A stretch of 64,000 nt of DNA from Cyanidioschyzon merolae (Eukaryota). Positions 9,401 to 20,032 of the stretch are shown one piece after another. The DNA is taken from NCBI GenBank assembly GCA_000091205.1, contig AP006498.2; one strand, written 5' to 3'. The notes under the pieces are model-generated. The model ran no database searches, had not been told where the DNA came from, and was given only the letters and a program-made list of their open reading frames with translations. Within the stretch, counting starts at the first letter, position 1; every line of letters begins with the position of its first letter. The position numbers were made by a program, and so were the translations under genes.

Positions 9401-9662
9401 CGCCGATGTCGTGACCCCGTTTCTCATCGATGTGCACCTGCGGGATGAACTTCTCGGCGACATTGCGAACATTTACGACCGTCAACGCTTGTGGGAGGGG
9501 GTGAGTGCTCGCGCGCGGACCGACTCTCGCTTGCAGCTTCGCTCGGAGACGTTTACTGACGGCCGCCGCGCCCTCGTCTGGGAATGGACGGGGCCGCTGG
9601 GCTCCGCAGAGAACGCTGCACCGCATCTGGTGCTTTCAGGCGGCACCACAAGTGTCGAATAG
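6474..9662 (+). CDS. Large low-complexity membrane protein with an N-terminal HeH/SAP-like motif and two predicted TM segments; possibly Man1/Src1-like inner-nuclear-membrane family (speculative). The ORF track start at 6123 is a non-ATG extension. ATG at 6474 is preferred; an alternative ATG lies at ~6309.
   Basis: The N-terminus MTDWKQWKVRELKQYLLEHDPS...PTKAELVEAVEQV resembles a HeH/SAP helix-extension-helix. A ~700-aa S/R/P/T-rich disordered region follows. The first TM is WRVLVALCLLLWFAVRIYLVL, followed by a Cys-rich segment and a second TM LIWLGSITAVTLMFATTL. An (AACAGC)n repeat at 9055-9080 encodes NSNSNSN. Confidence 0.4.
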   Translation: MTDWKQWKVRELKQYLLEHDPSAMPAQQRPTKAELVEAVEQVHQRLQRRQKTKQNPPRALPKEEAREPRRPGPRPRQSALGDERKLPTTRAPRTPKKAERQQQDSNRGVGKSEAPERPSSSESVTATSRKTRQKRSARKTEAVQGSSGVDGSSSGRKRVRRSPLRGEEARRRLVGDDIPEDRSPDGGAWAESQHPLLWSVRPRSEAQLSPASLIQDLRRRPFSANATSTRTSSPDRHRSASPRASSTWQDTTREFRPTKQGRSPSPTVSASNGAGPSTSSGLGLREALRDVLSMVKSHDQLEPMEYVEYPEQVLPAEAESHARWHALTHQVSAVTPEAGDGASRSSLHSSPVAGRDVPWLRQPRNAAAQTKEASRITLLRDTCDPLAQSQHMPPREDVVALSTGSPGELTSGGTLAGTRSTPTRAYTVQQDEAASGFMTGSMEGTRLASLHEQVSAVLERIRAEQANLVSGPEAATSTALSRNADSLATDALHQRLGDSGAAAPAVASLENRSPGGSAAALTRGTLTVAPEPPFAQSPLQAFRTLRQNRERMPVSSAATLTGSLRGRPVHPLEQRSGDSAERSTSATTTDPTRSPGAFHASWSLPSTDAHSGDQPSISESQRYLARPETHAAVQETSAGTPGNASRVSRRDPALLGNRALEHRHWLRSHWRVLVALCLLLWFAVRIYLVLPSIPFCDSSESGSGPVLGCRPCPEHGICVGGVLTCRDGYVVLGSTCAPDRDLNRYAHIIQGQVHRLLGESAGRYRCGERAIRWKWTERELREALEQHPYMERLVRSSKWKAAFRRALDTLDDPVVKQPRSAHDTVHRSPRSVDDANDTVPAEAFQRGGAAERPLLADDSGTNSNSNSNISPNMASNESMQPDSDATQTGQLADDELLLYWSTDAQRPMWCRLWQLTEAHLGSLIWLGSITAVTLMFATTLRRKRLRQRQIRSLQQAVHGRLQEQKRSYLVALQRGRADVVTPFLIDVHLRDELLGDIANIYDRQRLWEGVSARARTDSRLQLRSETFTDGRRALVWEWTGPLGSAENAAPHLVLSGGTTSVE
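9055..9080. repeat. (AACAGC)n hexanucleotide microsatellite inside a CDS, encoding an NS dipeptide run.
   Basis: The sequence aacagcaacagcaacagcaacagcaacatc is read directly. Confidence 0.7.
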
Positions 9663-11296
9663 GCGTCTTTGCACGTGCCCGAACGCAACGTCGCACTGTC
9701 CGGAAGCGATTCCGCTCGTCATACTCGAATCGTATCGGTACTGGCGAACGCTAACTTGTGCTACGCGCTGCGCTCAGCAACTCGACGAGGCAGCGTGCAT
9801 GAAGCGACCGGTATCGCTGGTATTCGCAACATTGGGGCATGCTGCGGCCTGGACTGTACGATGCATCCATAACCTGAAATTGTATGATGGAAGCGTGCAG
9901 TGCTCCGGACGCCTGGCCAAGGCATCGGACCTGCTATCTGATGCGCTTGCTGCACAACGTCGACAGCAGGTGCATGTGCCGATATCAGCAGCAGCAGCAG
10001 CAGGAGTAGTAGCAGGAGTAGCAGTGTTCGTAATAATGATGACGTAAAATTGCCCGCTTGCGTTCTATCGGGGATCGCGGGCACTGACCGGGTGCAACGT
10101 CACGTTGAAGCGGCTGTAGCGGTGTCTACGCTTTGCCTTGGCGTCTTGCGGACGCCATGAAGAGGATGCGCCTGCGGCCTTGCTGACGCCTCCACAAACG
10201 CTACCGGTTGTCAGGGAGTGAAAGTCGGTCTCGGCACGGGTGCGCTGACGCTGCGCGGAGGATGCTTTCCGCACTGGACGCGATGCATACAGGTGCGAGC
10301 ACCCAGGGACACGAGGCAGCACCCGGGAAATTTGGTCTCGGGTTTTATGTGACCCGATGGCTCCAGTGGCGCTTACAGGACATTCGGGTGTCGGATAGGT
10401 ACGATCCATCTCTGCAGCCGCGTCGAATACAAATGGAACACTGAACTGGCCGCTCTGTTCCTGCTTTACGATTCGTTCCGAAATTGGAGTTGATGTACAA
10501 CCAGCATATGTAACATGGAGCGATAAGGCCAAACGGGTTCATGTGTACTTTTCGTATGTTGGTCGTCTTTTGGGAGCTGCTGCCTCGAGGCGTTGCCGTT
10601 TGAAATCTTTACCTCACCGACATCAGGATGATGCGCGACGACTCCGAACCAGGCTGCGCAACATAACCGATATCAATATCCAATGCATAGGCACGAGCTC
10701 GCAAGCATCTCCCTTGGTGTGTAGCGTGCTCAAATAACGCATGCGTCGAGTTACGATCTATATGCTTTCAAGAAATATTCGTGAGCACAAGAATTCGCGA
10801 CGCTGGACTGAACACGGGAAAAATCGACGTTCGTCGGTTGACGATTTTTGAGCAAGTTCATGGGAAAAGTTCACTGGACTCGTCACGCCAAATAATCTGG
10901 TGCATTCCGAAAACAAGTATTCATTCATTTCTAGCCAACGACAAAACGGCATTCGAGCCCACCGTGGTGCCTTTCATCGGATATGCACCTAGTGTCTAGC
11001 GTCTCTTCAGTTTGCACGCAAATCGGTCTTGGACTTGAATCCTCGTAGCGATCGGGTCTCCAGTGAGGCGTGCGACACTACATCACAGGAAAGGAGTGTA
11101 CACAAGTCGAAATGGTTGGGCTTGTTCTCGATCCTGGAGTTCGCTTTCGGGACTTGCTCGATCGTGGACAACAACATCGCATTCCGTGGACCACTTTGTC
11201 GAATAGAAAAGCGCGCGCATTTGCACCTCCAGCGGGCAGCGTACGCTCCAAGCGGATCGCCCTGCCAAAGCACCTGATCATAGGATACGACACACC

Positions 11297-11327
11297 GGGG
11301 AGCGGGGCGGGGCGGGGCGGGGCGGGG
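11297..11327. repeat. (GGGGC)5 G-rich microsatellite, a canonical G-quadruplex-forming motif.
   Basis: The sequence ggggagcggggcggggcggggcggggcgggg holds at least five G4 runs separated by single nucleotides. Confidence 0.75.
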
Positions 11328-13097
11328 TATCGACACGAGCCTCCTGTACCCGTCACGGGCATCGACCACGTGATGAAGCAAGCGTTGAAGCGCCACAGGG
11401 ACACGCTCGGTAGAAGAGGGTGCGGTGAGCGTATCGGAACACCTGACCACAGCCAAGTGGCGTTGATGTGAAGGGCGCACAGCTGCTGTATGCAGAGGAA
11501 AAGATGCAACTGTCGAGCGAGGCGTAGATCGCAACCTCCCTCGGTGCTTCAAATGAATCAGCAATGAATGGAAGCATTCGAAATGATGGCTTGAGTGCTG
11601 CCATCATCATCGTTCAATTGCCGACATCTGAGCTGGAGGGAAAGCAACGACTGACGTATTGAAGGCGTTAGATACGCGTGAGCGAAAATTATCAATCGTA
11701 GGAAAAACCCGCAGAGGCTGATGTGGATGGCGTTGGGATGCTGCCGAAGCGCTAGCGCGAACACCGGTGTTGTCGGGCCCGTTCCGTGTTTTTTTTGCTG
11801 GCTCTCGTGTCGCAGACGCAGTCTGAGAGCCGCAGCGGGGCTTACTTTGGCACTCCGGGTGCTGCAGGAAAATATCGGTTTATAGGGAGGACTAGATCAG
11901 TCATTCAATGCGACTGGCGGCGTAGAGGGCGCGCGCCCGATGTATCCGGATTCGCCCGGGATGCTCCTCGTGGAGTAGAGACCTGGCAACCGGAAAGCCA
12001 CAGATCGTACACTCGGATCAGGGGAATTTGGGTGAGGGTGCCACGGCCTGTGGATTCGGCGGCGAGAAGCCTAGGTTCATGGGGGCTCGAGTAAAACGGC
12101 TACCGGCCTGTTTGACGAGTCGGACACGGAGTGGTCTTCCTTCAATCACCATCATCATCGGGGCGATATCCTGCAGTCTCTATGCTCGTATCTCGATTCT
12201 TATTCGCAGGATGCATCTGACTCCAACGGGGCGCGTGACCCTGAATGTTTCTCTGTTACAGAGTCTTCGAAAGAGATCCGTGGGCCTTACAACGTGCCCG
12301 ACTGCAGCGCATACCCGAGCTCTGTTTCCGTACGCGTCCCCGATGCACCAAGTGGCGCAATACTCTCGAAAGTGCTCGTGTGAGCGCAGCCCGAACATCA
12401 CAGAGCGAGAGACCTTTACGGAGCAATGGTGTCCAAGTTCCCTATCTGTGATATGTTACAATAGAAAACCTACACCGCGGCCGAAGAAGTGCTTGTCAGT
12501 CTGTGTTTCTGTGAACGCTGCCCCCCAGCCGTGACAACCAGAGACCGTGGCGTTGCTTTCCTCTTCTCCTAGCGTTAAGCGCGCCTCTTCGACAGTCATC
12601 TTCCGAGTTCGGTTCTCGCGACAATCAGCTCAAAGCAGACGCGCTGAGGCAGCCTTCTCAGGCACCGCGCTGCGCAACGACCCAGCACCGCTCCGCCAGG
12701 GGTTCACCAACTGCCAGTCCGGGACAGGAACTCGTCGGACCCCAACGTTCCATCTGCAAGCTTCTAAACTGACCCTCCAAAGTCCCTGTGGGACACCACA
12801 GAACACATTTCAGTGCCTGTACCAAACCTGGAAGCAGAGCTGCCTACTAGGGCTGTAGGTCATCGTGCTTGACAGAAGCTGATGACGTGTCGCCCCCAGA
12901 TGCATTCCCGACGGACAGCTGGCGGATGCGCTCGATCCATGCCGCCGGCGCCTGTTGCTTACGTGGCTTCAGGCATGGCATCAGGCTGTCGTGCAGCGGC
13001 GACACTTTTTCAGATCTTCATTGTTGTTTTTCATTGCAATTGTTCCAAAGAAAAAGTGAAGTTTTGCATCATCGAATATCTTTTCATTATAAGTGAT

Positions 13098-13568
13098 ATG
13101 AAGCTTTCGAAAGTTTTAGCGCTCGTTGTTTTTGGTCTGTTGATGGTAGTGCAGTGCGCCTGGGCACTGCCGGCTCCAACGTACGCGACGTCAGCGCTCG
13201 TAAGGAACGCGGGACGCACCTCTGTCCCTGTTGTGCTGACGTTTGGTGCAGAGGTATCGTGCTTGGGCTCCAACTCGACGGTCGACGTGAGTAGTATTGG
13301 CTGCTCGCACAATTCTATGAAAATGTCTGCGACAGTGCCTCCGAAAGTCTCGTCTACCATGGGGCCAGTGTCGATTGAATCCGGCAGCACGTCACAGGTT
13401 TGGCCAATAGCGTACATTGTCGTGGGCAGCACACGGGTCCCGATAGGCGAACTTTCCCGTTTCTTTAGCGGGGTTGTTTCCCCGCTGGGGATAGGCATCG
13501 GTGCGCCGGTTTCTGGACAGCGCGTCATCAAGACGGTGAGTGGCATATACTTCTCGGTTCCTACGTAA
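13098..13568 (+). CDS. Small predicted secreted protein (~156 aa) with an N-terminal signal peptide. It lies in an otherwise gene-poor, lower-GC tract; low confidence.
   Basis: ATG at 13098 gives MKLSKVLALVVFGLLMVVQCAWA, a hydrophobic h-region with an AXA-like cleavage site. A Ser/Thr/Val/Gly-rich mature part follows. No recognisable domain was found. Confidence 0.25.
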   Translation: MKLSKVLALVVFGLLMVVQCAWALPAPTYATSALVRNAGRTSVPVVLTFGAEVSCLGSNSTVDVSSIGCSHNSMKMSATVPPKVSSTMGPVSIESGSTSQVWPIAYIVVGSTRVPIGELSRFFSGVVSPLGIGIGAPVSGQRVIKTVSGIYFSVPT

Positions 13569-15627
13569 TGCACGAGGACATTGTGCCGTGGGGTGATACC
13601 TGGGGGAAACCGCGGGGCGACCCAAAAAATGGGCAGGTATAGACTCGCAATTCATACTGAGTGCACAGGGTCCAGAACCGCGCGAACAAGTGTGTCTCGG
13701 GGAAGCACGCTCGGTAGATGTACAGCGCCAAGCCATTCCACAGTTTTTGCCGAATAATCAGGAAGTTTCTCTGAATGTTTGCGTAGGTCGGCAGCCTTCA
13801 TGCGAGGTTGTGACTATCGCCGCTATGGAACGTGGACGTAAAGGCGGGATGCAGCACAACACAATGCTTATTCTCTGTATCGACACCGGTTTCGGACCAA
13901 AATGGAATGCTAGCAGCTCGCTCGGCTCCTTTTCTTTGATTTTCTCGAACTCGATTTCAGGTGTACAACCCCGGTAATCCAAGTACAGCAATAGAGACCT
14001 ATGTTTTCGAATTTAGAACTAGGATTCTCGGTCTTGTTTTCAGAGTGGCTCTTTCGATGCCTTGGGGCTGGAATTCGTCTCGCCATTAGCATCAATATCG
14101 TGCGCGACGCTTCCGACAGAGTGTTCGTCGCGGAACCGATACCATCATGCGATTCATATGTACGAGCTTGCACTCTTGTCAGTTCCGTAGGTGCGGCACG
14201 CTAAAATCATGCATTCGTCTGGTTCTCGATCGTTCTATTTCATGGCAACTCGTGGGCGCAGCAACCTCCGCGCCTGGATTGACGAGGAATCAAGTCGGCA
14301 TCGTCCTGTGACGACTGCTTCATCAGCTCATCCCAAGGTCCCATTGAAATTGTCACGTCAAAGAAGCGCTTCTTGCGGAGAGTGTACCACTGCTTTGCTC
14401 GAAGGTTGCGTAGTGGTATCGGATTCCATCGGCTCGGGCTCCAGCCATGGTTCTCCTGCCAGTACCTGTTTCATCACGGAAAACATCACGTTCCACGATC
14501 CCTTATCGATTGGAACTGTGCGCTTGCAGCAGACAGCGTACTCGCCCACAGGATCGTGCAGAAGAAGCACGATATCCCAGGGTACGGCAATGTGCGGAGA
14601 AAAGCAGGGCATTGACGGGAGTTTTCTGTGCGCATCGAGCGCATGCACAGAGCGATGGAGCGCGTCCTCTCGTGCTACAGGGCGGTGCCCGAGATGCAGT
14701 GGACAACATGGCAACTCCTGACAACAGCCAAGCGGTACCGCCGCGAAGGACGCACCGAGTCTGTGTACGAAGAAGATGAAAACGTCAAGAAAAATGTTGA
14801 TCAAAAATGTCCTCTGAGCACACAGTGCGTCAATATTGCCAAGATAATGTTTCGGGACCATAGGCTGTATAGATATTCAGCCACACACGGGCGCCCCTCA
14901 GTCTTTTTCGACCGGCCTCCTGCTATCGGTTTCATTTTCTCCCTGCACATTTCGAGTCTGAGAGGTTGTCCAACTAAGCTAGATCACTCGGCTCAGCTCC
15001 TGGGGTCTCGTCTTCTGCACCACACATCCTTTGATATTGATGGTGGCGTTGAAGTCTCGGTACGCGAGCCCCATGCGTTTCCTGCCTCTGGTTGAACTCA
15101 TCAACGCAGGGATTCCCCGAACGCGTGCACTCTTTGTCACTACAGTCTCGTCATCGCCTCGTCGGGCAAACACTTGCTCTCGCTTCTCTCATCTCTTCTT
15201 CTTCGTTCGATGGTCGACGAGCAGAGGGTTTTTCTGATTTTTGTCGAGCCCGGCGAAACCGGGCGATCCAGCATCCCCAGCTGCCATTTCCATACCTTTT
15301 CCTTGGGTTTTTTATTTCTTTGAATCAACGCACTTGGAGCACATCTGCTATAAACCGCGAGAAAGCATTTGATGAGACACTCCCGGGCGTGGAACACACC
15401 TGAGGGAAAAACTGAACGCATCGTACGGGGCTCTCATGAGTCATGGAGGCCGCATCGGATCGCGTCGCACGAGAGGCTAGGGCAGGGCGCATGTCCGCTT
15501 CTACCCATTAGATCCATAAATATACACCATGGTATAGTTTGGTCCAGGGGCAATCTTCTGCCACACCGGGTCTCCGCGCACGTCCGCTTCAGATTCATCG
15601 GTTTCCGCTGAGCGTTCCTGTCCCGCA

Positions 15628-17046
15628 ATGACACAGGAGTCGGTGGTCGAAGCGGAAGCCCGGCTCGAGGCCGGACTCGCCGTTTCCGACAAGGTAATGA
15701 ACTTCTCTCTCGGAAAGGCGACAGCTGTACCGTCGTCAAAACACGTCCATACGGCTGCGGTCTCCGCACAGACTGTCGTCGACGACGACGACGAGGACGC
15801 CGACGACGTCACTGCTACGTCCACGTCTGAAAAGGGACCAAAGAAGCCTCATAAAAGACGAGGAAAACGAGGTGGACGGCGAAAAGGTGCCAGTGAGAAC
15901 GGCGGAGGCGACAGCACTGTTGCTTCGTCGCCAGTACCACAGCCGCTTCCGAAGGCGACTTGTAGCACAGAACTCTGTGGCATCTCGCGGCTCTTTCCTG
16001 AGGGCGTCTACCCGGCTGGCGAGGTTCAGGACTATGTCGGAGACCAAGCTTATCGTACAACTCAAGCCGAAGTACGTGAACGGGAACGACTCTCGTTCGA
16101 TATGATTGGAAAAGCGCGAAAAGCAGCTGAGGTCCACCGGCGCGTGCGCACGTACATCCGGCCTCGAATTCAGCCCGGGATACGACTGGTTGATCTTTGT
16201 GAAGAGCTGGAAAACGCTACCCGGACACTCGTTGAGGAAGATGGCTTGGAAGCGGGTATAGCGTTTCCAACAGGTTGCTCGTTGAACCACGTGGCAGCGC
16301 ATTACACCCCGAACCGGGGCGACGACACCCGACTCCAGCACACAGACGTGATGAAACTGGACTTTGGCGTGCATGTGGACGGAATCATTATGGACTGTGC
16401 CTTTACCATTGCGTTTGACGAGCGCTACGAAAAGCTACTAGAAGCTGTGCGTGAAGCGACCAATGCGGGTATTCGAGCAGCAGGGATCGATGTGCGACTC
16501 AGCGAGATGGGTTCCATCATTCAAGAGGTCATGGAGAGCCACGAGATCGAGCTGGACGGCAAAGTGATGCCCATCCGCTCGATCCGTAACCTAAACGGAC
16601 ACAGTATTGACCGGTACCGCATCCACGCGGGTAAGACGGTGCCCATTGTGAAGAGCAGTGTGCCGGGGAAAATGGAGGAAGGCGAATTGTATGCCATTGA
16701 GACGTTTGGTTCTACTGGGCGCGCATACGTCACCGAGAGCGGAGAATGCTCCCATTACATGAAAGTATTCGATGCGTCGCACGTGCCGCTGAGGATGCCG
16801 CGTGCACGCCAGTTATTGAGTACGATCAACCGCCATTTTGGAACGCTGGCTTTCTGTCGTCGCTATCTGGATCGACTCGGTGAGGAGCGATACCTCATGG
16901 CACTGAAGCACTTGTGTGATGTGGGTATCGTGCAGCCGTATCCGCCATTGTGCGATGTGCCGGGTTCTTTGACAGCACAGTTCGAGCACACGATTCTGCT
17001 GCGGCCGACTGGTAAGGAAGTGCTAACTCGCGGCGACGACTTTTGA
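15628..17046 (+). CDS. methionine aminopeptidase 2 (MetAP2, peptidase M24A)
   Basis: An acidic and then Lys/Arg-rich N-terminal extension (DDDDEDADD...[16 protein letters not shown]) is typical of MetAP2. The pita-bread core motifs are [38 protein letters not shown] and ...[10 protein letters not shown]. It is a single 472-aa ORF from ATG to TGA. Confidence 0.85.
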   Translation: MTQESVVEAEARLEAGLAVSDKVMNFSLGKATAVPSSKHVHTAAVSAQTVVDDDDEDADDVTATSTSEKGPKKPHKRRGKRGGRRKGASENGGGDSTVASSPVPQPLPKATCSTELCGISRLFPEGVYPAGEVQDYVGDQAYRTTQAEVRERERLSFDMIGKARKAAEVHRRVRTYIRPRIQPGIRLVDLCEELENATRTLVEEDGLEAGIAFPTGCSLNHVAAHYTPNRGDDTRLQHTDVMKLDFGVHVDGIIMDCAFTIAFDERYEKLLEAVREATNAGIRAAGIDVRLSEMGSIIQEVMESHEIELDGKVMPIRSIRNLNGHSIDRYRIHAGKTVPIVKSSVPGKMEEGELYAIETFGSTGRAYVTESGECSHYMKVFDASHVPLRMPRARQLLSTINRHFGTLAFCRRYLDRLGEERYLMALKHLCDVGIVQPYPPLCDVPGSLTAQFEHTILLRPTGKEVLTRGDDF

Positions 17047-17049
17047 TGC

Positions 17050-19504
17050 TGGCACCGAACACCGTTCGCAGTCGGACGATGCCGACCGTGTACAGTAGTG
17101 GCGGCAACCGCGCCCTAGACGAAACGTCTCTAACTGACGTGCAGACGCCGCCCTGCCGTTTTCGACCGGCCACCTACTACTGCTTCCACCTTCTTCTCAT
17201 ATAGTTCGACTTTGAGAGGTTGTCCAACAAAGTTTTCTCTTGTCTAGTCTGGAGGTCTCGTCTCCAGCACCGCACATCTCCTGATATTGATGGCGGCATT
17301 AAAGTCTCGGTTCACAAATTCCATACGTTTCTTTCCATCATTGTTCGTACTTACTAATGCGAGTAGTCCACGAACTTTCGCCATCCTTTCCATTTGCTCT
17401 TCCGTCAGCGGTCCATACTTTATTATATCTTCAGGGCTCCTCTGGCACTTGTCCATCTCCACTCTCTGAAGTGTACACCCCAGTTCATGGTGTGCATAGG
17501 ACGATCGGAACTCGTCTACAGGTATCGTAACGAAACGTCTTGCGCACTCCTTGTATACCCTCGTCGTTGGAGCTGGAGTAGTGCCTTTCTTGGGCGCCCA
17601 ACGCCCTGCCCCATACGCTACTACGAGCCTCTGACTTTCATCCTCCTTCAGGGCGCTCAACTGATTGAAAAAGTTCGCGAACGCCCGCTGCTTCCCGCAA
17701 TACAAATTCATTCGCAAACGAGCCCACCGGGGCTTGCTGTACTCTTCCCACAGCGCATCCCAATGGGCGATGCGAACTTCCATGAATGTCCGAAAAGCTC
17801 CAAAGTCCGCTCCTCGGCTAGTCACCTCGCTCAAAGCTTCTAGGTGCTCCTTCATTCCTGAATTCCAAGTCTCGATTTTCTTCCTCGCATTCCTCATTCC
17901 CGATTCTCGATAGTATCTCGCTCTGGAGAACCTCAAAGGACGCATGTCTTTCTGACGCAAGTTACCATCAATGCCATCTTCCGCAAGCTTGGATACAGCG
18001 ATGGATATGATATTTGTGTTTCCGGGGTCCGCACGAACGACAAAGTCGTTATCCTGCACTTCCTGTGTGGCAGGATCCGCCTTCTTCCCATCTTCATGCT
18101 TCGTCGAGGACGGAACTGGACGATCTGTCTTCAAGCGCCTTTAGTGTACACACATGGGTATTCCATCGGTTTCGTCTGAAAGTGAGCAACTTTTGCTTGC
18201 TCACTTTCAGACGTTTGTAATCGAAGATATTCTTCCATTACGTCTGGCGGGTTTCGCCGGAGAACTCTTCCCTGCGAAGATCGAACGCCGGACTGATCTC
18301 AGTCATGATGCCGTAAAGGACGCCGGAGTCGATAGTCACAAAATGTGACTTGATGTTGCCCAACGGAACCACGTTGAAGCGCTTGCCCATTAGGAACGCC
18401 TTCCGTCTCTCCCATTCCTCATTTTTTCCTCACTCAGCTTCATCTCCGCTTTGCGTTCGAGCTCTCGGTCCAAAAACACAAAATACCGTAGGACGAGACG
18501 ATCGTATCTTCCCTTATTTTTTTCAAATCTGATATCTTGTCTGTCGGATTCGCCAGCCCCAAAACTGCACGGTGCACTTGTATAGCCGCACGGATTACAG
18601 AAGCTTCATTCGTGATCTCTTTTGACGCCTTCTTGTCGACGAATTCGATCCCATCTACACGCCGGCGATTGTTCGTGATGCCATTGATAATCGCCCATAT
18701 CCCTTTGGGAGAGATGCCCGGGATAGAGCGCAAATACGGCTCTTATTATGAAACCTTCGAGGTTCACTGTCAAAGGATTCTTCAGATTCGTGAGGTACTT
18801 CATCGCCCCGTAGCTGTAAATATCCCGGTCACCCTTGTATCGAGTACCGCTGAAGCTGTAAAAGGGATGTTTTTCGTGGAGGGCATCCACTAGCACATTT
18901 TCCCTCCGCGCTTCCGCTGTGCCAAGCATCAGGTGTCGAATAAAGGTCTTGCCGAAAAACTCGTCCGGAATCTCCACCGTTTGCATGTGCGTCACGTCGC
19001 GATACATCTCCCGTACCAAATGCATCAGTCCTGACGACGCCTTGACAATACTCTTGGAGTACGAGTCGACGCGGTTTCTGATAGCGTCTCGCAACTTTTC
19101 CCTGTAGGGATCCTTGATATGGCCAAGAAGAAAGGTTTTCACAACCATCTCGTCGTACATTCGTCTTTCTTGCCGCCTTCGACGTAGAGCCTCCACCTTT
19201 CAGTCCTTCTTCTCTTCCTTTTCTTCTGGACTCGGCACAGTTTTTTGTTTTTTTTCTGGCAGCCGGCGACACTGGGCCTCCGGGATCGTCGACTTTTTTT
19301 ATAGCTTTCCTTTTTTTTTGGAAAAGAACACTCTTTGGACGCGTCTGTTCGATACTGCGAAAAAAAACTCGACTAGACTTGTTTGAGGGTTGAAACAAAA
19401 ACGAACTGAAAGACTATACTTGCCTATGAAGTTCACGAAAATACAACTTTTACACGAGAGCTAGACGCTAAGGATCACGATTACGTTTCCCTTCAACGGT
19501 GGCA
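17050..19504 (-). mobile_element. Fanzor/TnpB-like element, copy B, the most degenerate copy. Its RE tail abuts the MetAP2 stop codon, tail-to-tail. Homology to copies C and D continues ~30 bp beyond 19504.
   Basis: Nucleotide homology to copy A runs throughout. There is a ~130-bp internal deletion plus frameshifts between 18134 and 18440, relative to copies A, C and D. Confidence 0.65.
17244..19196 (-). pseudogene. Fanzor-like endonuclease gene, copy B, fragmented. N-terminal part is 18606..19196, the middle is frameshifted, and the C-terminal RuvC-I to RuvC-III part is 17244..18134.
   Basis: ORF 17244..18134 reads ...[19 protein letters not shown]...RMEFVNRDFNAAINIRRCAVLETRPPD. ORF 18606..19196 reads ...RRMYDEMVVKTFLLGHIKDPYREKL...GAMKYLTNLKNPLTVNLEG. 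Confidence 0.6.
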
Positions 19505-20032
19505 TACGCGTCGTGTCTCATGACTGCCCGATCCCCCAGATGCGCTCATCGAGCGCGATGCATGCGCTGCGCGAGACGCCTCACCGATCCATGAAGGACA
19601 CGTGTCCGACACCCCGTCTTGGCACATGCGTGTTCGCATCGCACTGCAGCCAAAATAACGTATCGTAGATCGGAAACGCACGTAGAATGAACTCTTGCTA
19701 TAGGTTCTGTCGCTGGCGCCGACGCTACTGCCCATCGCAGTACCGCCCTGACATACAAGGGGATGCAGGGGCCTGGCACGATACCCCTCGACGCTTCTAT
19801 CAAAAGCGTAGCGTTCTCTGCGGCTTACCGTTGTGTGGTTAAGGTATGCATCACTCTTCTCAATAGGATTTTCGTTAGTTTTATTGATCATAAACAAACA
19901 AGGTACGGTAGGATTCCTGAACACGGATACAGGTTTATTTCCTCTGCTTGTTATGTATGCTGCACGGTCGCTGGAACAGTGTCCGATTGTATGGGTGCTG
20001 CGTATCGAGGCTTGTCGCGCGCTCCAAGCACG

